A stretch of DNA of 25,600 nucleotides from an uncultured Oligoflexus sp. (GTDB lineage: Bacteria; Bdellovibrionota_B; Oligoflexia; Oligoflexales; Oligoflexaceae). Location of the stretch: assembly GCA_964236955.1 (NCBI GenBank), contig CAXSGP010000028.1, positions 22,777 through 48,376 of the forward strand. The letters run 5' to 3'. The notes beneath the pieces were generated by a model. It saw only the letters and a program-made list of their open reading frames with translations, made no database searches and was not told the DNA's origin. Shown one piece after another: positions 1-7,974 of this stretch. Made by a program: the position numbers and the translations under genes. The stretch's first letter is position 1; every line of letters begins with the position of its first letter.

Positions 1-124
1 GCATGAAATAGAGGCATCGTCACCCAAGGCCATGAAAAAGGCGATGCCTCTCTTGCCAGGTCCAGGGTATTAAGAATCTTACGTGTCTGTTCTGTGATAG
101 CTAGGACTTGAGCCAGGAGAGATT

Positions 125-484
125 ATGCCTAAGGTTCTCATAGTAGATGACGAAATTGATATTTGTGAAATGATGGCCTTCAGTTTTGAAAGCCAGGGAT
201 TTGAAACCATCATCGCCGGTGACGCGGTCCAAGCCCTCGAGATGGTCAAGTCTGAGGATCCTGACTTGGTCATAAGCGATATCCGTATGCCCAAAGGTGG
301 GGGGATGAAGCTGCTTGAGGATATTAAGGCGTATAATCCATCGAGACCCAAGGTCTTTTTGATCACAGGCTACAGTGACCGTTCCAAGGAAGAGGCAATC
401 GCCCTCGGAGCCGAAGATGTCCTTTCCAAGCCTATCAAACTCCAAGCCCTCATTGAAAAAGCCCGCGAAGCTCTTAAAGTATAA
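125..484 (+). CDS. Single-domain response regulator (CheY-like receiver)
   Basis: 119 aa. VLIVDDE acidic pocket, phosphoacceptor in LVISDIRMP, T in LITG, K in SKP; AGGAGA RBS upstream. Confidence 0.93.
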   Translation: MPKVLIVDDEIDICEMMAFSFESQGFETIIAGDAVQALEMVKSEDPDLVISDIRMPKGGGMKLLEDIKAYNPSRPKVFLITGYSDRSKEEAIALGAEDVLSKPIKLQALIEKAREALKV

Positions 485-589
485 TTCAAGGGTAACTTTG
501 GCCTCTCTTGGTCAGGAGCCCCGGACTGTGGCTACCCTTCCCTATAGGGCGAAGACGCCGGCCCAAGTCTGAACAGCCCCGCCAGAAAT

Positions 590-620
590 AAAAAAATACC
601 GGCCCTGGAGCCGGTATTTT
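590..620. terminator. Intrinsic terminator, probably bidirectional, between convergent genes
   Basis: AAAATACCGGC-cctgga-GCCGGTATTTT perfect inverted repeat with A-run on the left and T-run on the right. Confidence 0.85.
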
Positions 621-635
621 CTTGTTTCCGAGTAA

Positions 636-923
636 TTATGCAGCAGCAAGGGCTGGAGAAGCTTTTTTACGCTTCGTAGCTTTTTTCTTTGCTACTTTTT
701 TCTTTACTACCTTTTTCTTTGCTACTGTTTTCTTCGCTTTTTTAGCGACTTTTTTAACAGCCTTCTTCACTTTCTTAGCCGCTTTTTTAACAGCTTTTTT
801 TGCTGGCTTTTTAGTTGCAGTTTTCTTCACTGCTGCTTTCTTCTTGGCAACTTTTTTAGTTGCGGTCTTCTTCTTAGCGACTTTCTTCTTTGGCGCGGAC
901 TTCTTCTTAGCGACCTTCTTCAT
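636..923 (-). CDS. Histone H1-like Lys/Ala-rich nucleoid protein (HC2/Hc2-like)
   Basis: 95 aa, about 46 Lys, no acidic residues, repeated KKVAKK/KKAAKK units. Strong SD (AGGAGG) upstream and terminator downstream. Confidence 0.9.
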   Translation of the reverse strand: MKKVAKKKSAPKKKVAKKKTATKKVAKKKAAVKKTATKKPAKKAVKKAAKKVKKAVKKVAKKAKKTVAKKKVVKKKVAKKKATKRKKASPALAAA

Positions 924-1090
924 AACTCAAAACCTCCTGAACTTAGTTACGATATGCGGTCCCAAGCAGGGACCTTGGACGAGAACTTCAAGCCCTCGCT
1001 ATCCACCTTAAAAAATGCGACCCTCGAAATCAGCTTACCACAGGTCTATCACAGGGGAGAAGGATACGCACCTCAACAACAATGACAATC

Positions 1091-1117
1091 GTATCGGCCT
1101 TGTGTCAAAGAACTAAA
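1091..1117 (-). promoter_or_regulatory. Putative sigma28 (FliA/WhiG-type) promoter for the H1-like gene
   Basis: Minus strand TTTA-N15-GCCGATAC versus consensus TAAA-N15-GCCGATAA; exact spacing and correct orientation. Confidence 0.6.
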
Positions 1118-1314
1118 GAGTCGACCTTTATATTTGCTCTAGAAAAATCGGGAATGCAAATCTTTAGGCTTTATTATTTTAATAATTTCAACAATTTATT
1201 GTCGTAGAGAAATTTGTGGTTCCGTTTCATTTTATTTCTTATGGAATGCTGATTTTTAATTTTCGCCGTTTTTATTTTTTTCCTCTGCCACTGCCGAGTT
1301 TTTCCGCCATCAAC

Positions 1315-3471
1315 TTATCTTGATCCACCACCCTGTTTGCCGGCAAATATCTCAAGCGCCGAGCGTGCCTTGTCGGAGATCAGCGGCTTCGAAGCAGGAG
1401 GAGCGGAAACCTTTTGCTCTGCAGGCTTTGCGGCTATCCTCTGACCATAGCTCAAACCGAGTTTTATCATCATCTCGACCAGCCCCTGGTCCTGGCAAAG
1501 GATGAGGGCCCAACCATGGGGCTGTGATTGCTCTATCAGTTGAAGGAACTGAAGGCGTACCTTGTTCGCGACTGAACTTTCCGCCCAGCTGTAGAAAACC
1601 AAAGGCACATCAAACACCGGTTCTGCGAATATTTGCTCATTTTTAAGCGCCTGTTGCGTCTGACGTCGCAGCAGCTCGAACTGCAGATACTCCCGTCCCG
1701 ATTCAAAAGACTTCACAAGTTGGTCCGACCCAAGGCCTTTATGCGGAAGGTTCAGTTCCAAGAGCACGGCTTTCCATTTCAATTCGATCCGCTCGACATC
1801 CTGCTCCAGACGCGTTCTCATCAGGCGATAGGCTTCGATCTGGGCTTCTATACTGCGCAGTTTCTTGACCTGAGCCAACTTCTTGTCGGCGTAGCTCATC
1901 ACGCCCTTGGCTTCGGCAAGCACCACGTTCGGATGATCGAGTCCAAGTGATTTCTGACTTCCGGTATGGCTTCTCCAGCTCTCGAGCAAAGTAACGAGGC
2001 TCCTAATATGACTTTTGTAGTCCACGTATTCTTCGGAGAGCTTTTGGGATTTATGTCGCAACGCTGCCAGTTGGCTATAGAGATTTATTGAGAAAATTAA
2101 ATGACTTACGCTAGTTTCCGGATCGAGACCCAGACCTTGGGCGACGGTCGCCCAGAGTTCTTTGGATTTTGCATACTCCAGAGCGATCTGATCATAACGT
2201 ACTTCGAAGTCGTGAAGTTTCTCGTCATGGACCGAGGCTTGAGCCTCGAGTTGACTATAGAGCTGTCCAATATGATGCAAAACCTGATTGACGAGCGCGC
2301 GGGCATCATCGATACCATCCTCGGCTTCGACGCCCATCTTCAGATTAAGTGGCTCAGCTGGATTGAAGCCTAATAATTTATTGAGCTTATGGGCAAGATT
2401 ATCGCGTCCACGATGCTTTTCGTTCGACCGATTGAGCGACGCATCAAGCTCATGCAGACAGCTTTCAAGCGTCCGAATGATTTCCTGATCATTTTCCAAA
2501 AACTTCACGATCGCCTGCCGATGGTCGCGGTAGACGGGAGATATTTTTTCCTTGGCATCGCTAAGACTGGCGCGCGCCGTCTTTTCCAGACGATCACAGG
2601 CCAACGACCGGCTGAGGACCTGAAGCACATAAGCCCAGTCCACCTCCTCTTCCGGAATCGGCATCGCCTGATGGACGATGGCAGCTTCCAGTCGTTGCTT
2701 TTCGATTTCGACCTGATGCATCTTTTCGTGCCAGTTCTTTGGGCTCTTGGCGGCATGCATCAGGGGTTCGGCGAGGCGACGGATCTGCTCGATCATGTCG
2801 AGTTCCTGCTCAAGGCGTCGCATCAAACCCCCATCAACTTTGTCGAATTGCTGAAAGATCCTGTTGAGTCCTTTGGCCTGCTCCTGGATTGCCGCGTAGC
2901 GCCTGGTATAAGCGTCACCAACGGGAATAAGCTTTTCCAGCAAGGCACTCTCAAGGGGAACGCCCCAAAATCTTTCAACCGCCTGCTTCGATAAGTGGGA
3001 ACGATCGACTGCAAGTTGTTCCCAAGCACTTTTTCGCGCCGATTTATCGCGGTCCGATTCAGCAACGATATCGAGTCCGGTTGATCCCAGTTCGAAAGAT
3101 CGCGAAAGTTCGAGCCAGGAAAAGCTGGCTTTGGTATCGAGGGGGATAAAGTCCGCAAATAGGTCGCGTTGCGGCTGATCATTTCGGGCGTCAAGCAATT
3201 GACGGTTCTTGAGACAGCGAAAACTTTCAAAAGAACGTTCGAAGATCCAGGCATCACCATTATCATCGGTCAGGGCCAGGAGGACAGCTTTGACCTTGGG
3301 GGCTTTACCAGCGAAGAGAGCGTAGCTTATCGCCTGTTTGATGAGCACGGCATCCTCAGGACCACAGGCCAGGACCGAGAGATGTTTATAGACTCCCTGT
3401 GGGTTGCGAAACTTCCACAAACGGGGCTCAGAGCCGCCCTCCGGAATCACTTTGATGCCGTCGATGAACAT
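1315..3471 (-). CDS. Long coiled-coil protein, YhaN/SbcC/SMC-like architecture with degenerate ATPase motifs
   Basis: 718 aa. Globular N- and C-termini flank heptad-rich helices. CGPEDAVL sits where a Walker A is expected; PLVFYSW...WALILCQD resembles the YhaN PLILDD...QVILFTCH segment. Confidence 0.6.
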   Translation of the reverse strand: MFIDGIKVIPEGGSEPRLWKFRNPQGVYKHLSVLACGPEDAVLIKQAISYALFAGKAPKVKAVLLALTDDNGDAWIFERSFESFRCLKNRQLLDARNDQPQRDLFADFIPLDTKASFSWLELSRSFELGSTGLDIVAESDRDKSARKSAWEQLAVDRSHLSKQAVERFWGVPLESALLEKLIPVGDAYTRRYAAIQEQAKGLNRIFQQFDKVDGGLMRRLEQELDMIEQIRRLAEPLMHAAKSPKNWHEKMHQVEIEKQRLEAAIVHQAMPIPEEEVDWAYVLQVLSRSLACDRLEKTARASLSDAKEKISPVYRDHRQAIVKFLENDQEIIRTLESCLHELDASLNRSNEKHRGRDNLAHKLNKLLGFNPAEPLNLKMGVEAEDGIDDARALVNQVLHHIGQLYSQLEAQASVHDEKLHDFEVRYDQIALEYAKSKELWATVAQGLGLDPETSVSHLIFSINLYSQLAALRHKSQKLSEEYVDYKSHIRSLVTLLESWRSHTGSQKSLGLDHPNVVLAEAKGVMSYADKKLAQVKKLRSIEAQIEAYRLMRTRLEQDVERIELKWKAVLLELNLPHKGLGSDQLVKSFESGREYLQFELLRRQTQQALKNEQIFAEPVFDVPLVFYSWAESSVANKVRLQFLQLIEQSQPHGWALILCQDQGLVEMMIKLGLSYGQRIAAKPAEQKVSAPPASKPLISDKARSALEIFAGKQGGGSR

Positions 3472-3739
3472 AATTGCTGGTCCTAATGCGAATATAAGTT
3501 ATGGAAGGTCATAGCTTCGACCCATTGCGTTGCTAAGAAAATTTGGGACATGGTTCAAAGTATAGGGATAATGCGGAGACCACGAATCGCCTCCCTTATT
3601 ATAGCACCCCAAGGGCGTATTTGCGTAGGGGGTGCTACGGCTATAGGGCTCATTCCAAAAAGACAGTCATGGGTTGCCTTGAAAGCGAATAATGCTTATC
3701 TATGGGTACGATTTTCACAACTAAGGGCGAGAGTTGAAT

Positions 3740-4819
3740 ATGTCGCAGACTGCAGCGGCCCAAGGGCCAAACCTCCTGGATCATGCCATGCAATTCGGCA
3801 CCTCACTCCTACGCCTCTTACCGGCTGAATTAGCTCATGACCTTGGCATGTGGATTCTGGAAAGAGATCTCCTCAAGCTCTTACCTCTGCCATCCTTTGG
3901 CACAAGGCTCGATGGATTGACGATGACCATACCGGGCATAGGCCAACTCGCTCATCCGATAGGACTTGCAGCCGGCTTTGACAAAAATGCTCGTGCGCCA
4001 CACGGTTTTGCCCGTATGGGTCTGTCTTTTTTAGAATTGGGCACGGTGACGCCGAGACCCCAGGCGGGCAATCCCAAACCACGGCTTTTTCGACTCGATG
4101 ATCAAATGGGCCTGATCAACCGCATGGGCTTTAATAGTGAAGGTGCTGCCGTCGTTGCGCAACGTCTTGCGGGAAAACATTGGAATCATGAACCCATTCC
4201 GATGGGTATCAACCTTGGTAAGAACAAAGACACCGATCTGAGCAGCGCGATAGAAGACTATAGCGAGGGAATTGAAAAATTCACGCCTTACGCCAAGTAT
4301 TTCGTGATCAATGTCAGCTCCCCCAACACTGCCGGTCTAAGGGGTTTGGCCAACGAGCATTTCCTCAAGGAACTGGCTATGCGGCATAAGAAGGATCTCC
4401 CCAGACTGTGGGTGAAGCTGGATCCGGATATGAAAAAAAAGGATTTTCAAGGTCTGGTTGCGGCCCTTGCCAGTATTGGCTTTCAAGGCCTGATACTGAC
4501 CAACACTCATCGCGTGGAAAGGCCTCAGGTGGGTGGGTTGAGCGGTTCCGCCATAGCGATTCAATCAAACGCCTGTCTGGAATGGGCCTATGAAGTAACC
4601 AAGGGTCGTCTGCCGCTGGTCGCTTCGGGCGGTATACTGTCCGGTCAGGACGTGTTTCAGAGGATAGCGCGCGGGGCATCCGCTGTGCAGATCTATTCGG
4701 CCTTGGTTTACCGGGGGCCGCTGGCCGTCTATGCGATGATACAGGAACTGCGGAATGAAATGCAGCTCCGAGGCTTTTCCTTTCTTTCTGACGTTAAGGG
4801 AAGTTACTATATTCGTTGA
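3740..4819 (+). CDS. pyrD: Quinone-dependent dihydroorotate dehydrogenase (class 2)
   Basis: GLAAGFDKN, GTVTPRPQAGNPKPRLFRL, INRMGFN, NVSSPNT, TNT, GGLSG, VQIYSALVYRGP. ATG at 3740 preferred over TTG at 3734. Confidence 0.97.
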   Translation: MSQTAAAQGPNLLDHAMQFGTSLLRLLPAELAHDLGMWILERDLLKLLPLPSFGTRLDGLTMTIPGIGQLAHPIGLAAGFDKNARAPHGFARMGLSFLELGTVTPRPQAGNPKPRLFRLDDQMGLINRMGFNSEGAAVVAQRLAGKHWNHEPIPMGINLGKNKDTDLSSAIEDYSEGIEKFTPYAKYFVINVSSPNTAGLRGLANEHFLKELAMRHKKDLPRLWVKLDPDMKKKDFQGLVAALASIGFQGLILTNTHRVERPQVGGLSGSAIAIQSNACLEWAYEVTKGRLPLVASGGILSGQDVFQRIARGASAVQIYSALVYRGPLAVYAMIQELRNEMQLRGFSFLSDVKGSYYIR

Positions 4820-4909
4820 CGGTGAGCAGCCTATCGAGGCGCTTCAAAGCTTGGCTGGCAGCCACCTCATAATCTAAACAGGGTGCGGCAGCATCTAAAC
4901 AGGTAGGTC

Positions 4910-6445
4910 ATGGGTCTCAATATAGTGCGGCGTATCCGCGATAATTTACACGGCAGTATCGATGTTTCTGAACTTGAGGATGCGGTGATCTCTCACCCTT
5001 TTTTCCAGCGTCTGCGGCGGGTCCGGCAGCTTGCATTTTTGCACTATGTTTTCCCGGGCGCAACGCATACCCGCTTTGAACACTCGCTGGGCGTCATGCA
5101 TCTCGCCGCCAGGGCTTGGGAAAAGCTCCAGACCAATCAGGAGAGGCTCAGTCATACTGTTGCTAATATTCAGGATTTTAAAGCCTTTGAAGAGGAAGCT
5201 GACAAACGCGAGAAGCACGGCCGACTCTGGCCAACCTTTGCCATGATGGATCAGATTTTCAAGTCGGACTACAGCCTTCAGACCTTTCGACTCGCCGCTC
5301 TTCTGCACGACGTAGGGCACCCGGCTTTCTCCCACAGTGGCGAACATTTTATGCCTTCTTGGGTCGATGTCAGGGATGCCAACCCCGATCTCCCGGATTA
5401 TCTGCTGGAGTATATTAATAAGCGCATAGAAGACCTAAAAAAACGCGGCGACGACCCTTCCGCGACCAAGGTCCGGCATGAAATCTATTCTATTCTACTC
5501 ATTGATAAAATTCTCAAAGACGTTTACGAGAAAACCCCTCATCTACGCCTGGTGATCGATCCTAGGGACGTCATAGCCATGATCAACTCGTCGATACCAG
5601 CGGCCGCCGGGTCGCCGCTGCTCAGGTGTCAAAGCTCGCAAGTGCTGCGCGAGTTGATCTCCGGGGAGCTCGACATCGATCGCATGGATTATCTCCTGCG
5701 GGATTCCCGAGAGTGCGGGGTGGTTTACGGAGTCTTTGACGTCGATCGCATTCTCGATTCGCTGGGTCTTTATTTTGATGATGCCGATCAGCAGATTCAC
5801 GTTGCAATCCATCTATCCGGACTCGCGGCCTTCGAGGATTATCTGCGCGCCCGTTATTCCATGTATCTGCAGCTCTACTTTCATAAAGCGTCGGTTGCTG
5901 CCGAGGCGATGATGAGGCATCTGTGCAATACCCTCGGCGATTGGCGCCTGCCGGCCCGCATCGAAAATTATGCTGCAATTGATGAATATAATATCGGCAA
6001 TGCTTTGTGGGAAGCCGCACAAAAGCTGCCGCAGCCGCTGCGGGAGGAAACCATCGTTTTGGTTGCCGACCTTCTCTACAATCGCAAACTTTGGAAACGG
6101 GTCTACGAGGTGACGGGCTCCCGCACTAAACCCGCTATCGATATCGTGGCAAAGGTGAAAGCGATCCTCCAGGCCAAATCGATTACCTTTCAGGAGATTT
6201 CCTCGGAAAATTCGCTGACCCGATTTCAACCGAAAGGCTATGGAAAACGCAGCCGCAACTATCTGCGCCTCATCAAAAAAGATGAGCAGCAGCTTCACAG
6301 GATTTGTGCTATTGAGGATTTTTCCAGTCTCATTGCCAGCAACGACTCGATTGCGATACGAAGAATTTATGCAGCCCCGGATCAGACTCATTCCCTTTCG
6401 GAAATCAAGACTCTGATCACTGAGGGACTACAAAAGAAGCGCTGA
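4910..6445 (+). CDS. HD-domain phosphohydrolase, SAMHD1/COG1078-like putative dNTP triphosphohydrolase
   Basis: IRDNLHG, FQRLRRVRQL, YVFPGATHTRFEHSLG, LLHDVGHPAFSH, HE, LDIDRMDYLLRD, MYLQLYFHK. Confidence 0.9.
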   Translation: MGLNIVRRIRDNLHGSIDVSELEDAVISHPFFQRLRRVRQLAFLHYVFPGATHTRFEHSLGVMHLAARAWEKLQTNQERLSHTVANIQDFKAFEEEADKREKHGRLWPTFAMMDQIFKSDYSLQTFRLAALLHDVGHPAFSHSGEHFMPSWVDVRDANPDLPDYLLEYINKRIEDLKKRGDDPSATKVRHEIYSILLIDKILKDVYEKTPHLRLVIDPRDVIAMINSSIPAAAGSPLLRCQSSQVLRELISGELDIDRMDYLLRDSRECGVVYGVFDVDRILDSLGLYFDDADQQIHVAIHLSGLAAFEDYLRARYSMYLQLYFHKASVAAEAMMRHLCNTLGDWRLPARIENYAAIDEYNIGNALWEAAQKLPQPLREETIVLVADLLYNRKLWKRVYEVTGSRTKPAIDIVAKVKAILQAKSITFQEISSENSLTRFQPKGYGKRSRNYLRLIKKDEQQLHRICAIEDFSSLIASNDSIAIRRIYAAPDQTHSLSEIKTLITEGLQKKR

Positions 6446-6452
6446 TTATAGC

Positions 6453-6830
6453 TTAGGATTGGGGTGCGGGGCCTGCCGTTTTCGATGCTGAACCCGATCC
6501 CGTTGCTGCCGGTGCCGGACCTGAAGGGCTTGGGCTTGCGGCTGGAGCTGGCGTCGCAGTGGGAGCCGGAGCAGCACTGGGGGACGCTTCGCCCGCTGCC
6601 GCCGGCGATGCTTCAGAATTAGGGCTTGTCCCGCCGCTTTTATTAGACTTGCCATCATAAGCATCCGAATACCAGCCGCCCCCTTTCAATTGAAAGGAAG
6701 GTAGACTCATAATCTTTGACAAAGCCGGATGACCGCAGCTTGGACAAACCTCAGGGTTAGGATCCGACATTTTCATCTGAAACTCGGACACTTTGCCGCA
6801 ATCTTTACAGCGATATTCATAGATAGGCAT
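6453..6830 (-). CDS. FmdB-family zinc-ribbon protein with Ala/Pro/Ser-rich tail
   Basis: MPIYEYRCKDCG...CPSCG...SFQLKGGGWY followed by a low-complexity C-terminus. Confidence 0.92.
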   Translation of the reverse strand: MPIYEYRCKDCGKVSEFQMKMSDPNPEVCPSCGHPALSKIMSLPSFQLKGGGWYSDAYDGKSNKSGGTSPNSEASPAAAGEASPSAAPAPTATPAPAASPSPSGPAPAATGSGSASKTAGPAPQS

Positions 6831-6938
6831 GTATAGAGCTCCCAGTCAGACGACCGACATTAACGTGACACGCTAATTTCAACCTTCTGCGGACTTTGTC
6901 AAGCGGTGAAATACCCAGGCAATAATACCCAGCACCCC

Positions 6939-7223
6939 TTAACTCTCGCCTTTCCCCAATTTCGCCACAAAGGCTGAGTCCACGCGTTGCTTCAATTCCT
7001 GGCCAGTTTTCCAGAAAGGCAAACGCTTGGGAGGAACCGTAATCTGTTCTCCCGTCTTGGGGTTGCGGCCTTTATAGGCGCCAAAGCCGCGAATCTCTAC
7101 GCGATCGCCGTTTGCCAGGGTTTCAGTTATGTTGTTAAAAAACAAATCAACGACCTCTTCGGCTTTTGCCAAAGTGATATCGGCCCGCTCCGCAAGACTC
7201 TCGATAAGCTCAGACTTTACCAT
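6939..7223 (-). CDS. ihfB: Integration host factor beta / HU-family DNA-binding protein carrying an 8-aa internal deletion
   Basis: MVKSELI...DRVEIRGFG and GRNPKTGE...PFWKTGQELKQRV; GAGGGG RBS. Only 3 aa between GFG and GRNP. Confidence 0.82.
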   Translation of the reverse strand: MVKSELIESLAERADITLAKAEEVVDLFFNNITETLANGDRVEIRGFGAYKGRNPKTGEQITVPPKRLPFWKTGQELKQRVDSAFVAKLGKGES

Positions 7224-7974
7224 TTATTTCCCCTCGTTAGATACTGGGCTCAGATCCTATTCTACCAACACCCGCCGTCGATAGGCAACTATTTGCAATT
7301 GAAACTGAAACTTACAGGCTTATGCTGGCTTTCTACGGCAGCTCTGAGGCTGTTTCCGACCTCTTTGCCATTGTTTTAATGCCATAGTATTGACTTTTTA
7401 AACGTCTAGCTGGGCCGTTATTGCCTAGTCTGTTTTTGAAGCTTGAAAGTCATACTGGCTGGAATGAGCCCGTTTGATAAATTCGGGATCTTTCTTAACG
7501 GAACTGTAATCCCTACTCAGTATGGGCTGTTGCTCAACACAAAATAAATTTGGCATCCAACAACTGGCTCTTAGGAGCGACAGCGGTTCATTATCTTTTC
7601 TGATTAGGTTAAATTAACCATTTTAGAAGCAGAACCGGGAACGGGAGGCAGATAAGTCGACTTGCGTGAAGCTTTGGTGACAAGCTTGATTGAGAGAGAA
7701 ATGCATCTCGCGAAAAAGCAGCCGATTTACAGGATAAATTACGCATTAAACTAAGTCATGGGTAAAAAAAGAAAAATATTTTACTTTGCAAACAGTTCAA
7801 TCGACAAGCCGCAAAGCAAGCGATATCTTGGAATCAAAGCCTCCTACTACATATTTTTAACCGAATTCGTCATTTCAATTTGGCCATAAATATTTCAAAA
7901 AAGTAAGAAATGTCTTTTACGCCTGGAGTGTTTTTAGTGCAGAATGTCTTCAGTACGAAACGTGGGGAGTCGAT

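Noticed and set aside
10..51. Inverted repeat AGAGGCATCG...CGATGCCTCT
   Set aside because: At the window edge with a 22-nt loop and weak U-tract; context is missing, so it cannot be assigned.
640..920. Repetitive DNA that could be a tandem repeat or CRISPR array
   Set aside because: Degenerate codon-level repeats of KKxAKK peptides; no constant repeat-spacer structure.
622..1011. Phe/Ala-rich 129-aa plus-strand ORF resembling a membrane protein
   Set aside because: Antisense shadow of the Lys-rich H1-like gene, which has the RBS and terminator.
2101..2994. Long antisense ORFs (2101-2373, 2389-2994; likewise 5813-6391, 20822-21343, 24705-25250)
   Set aside because: Shadows opposite well-supported genes, with no recognisable motifs.
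7298..7311. ATTGAAAC, resembling a CRISPR repeat 3' end
   Set aside because: No regularly spaced repeat copies and no cas genes.
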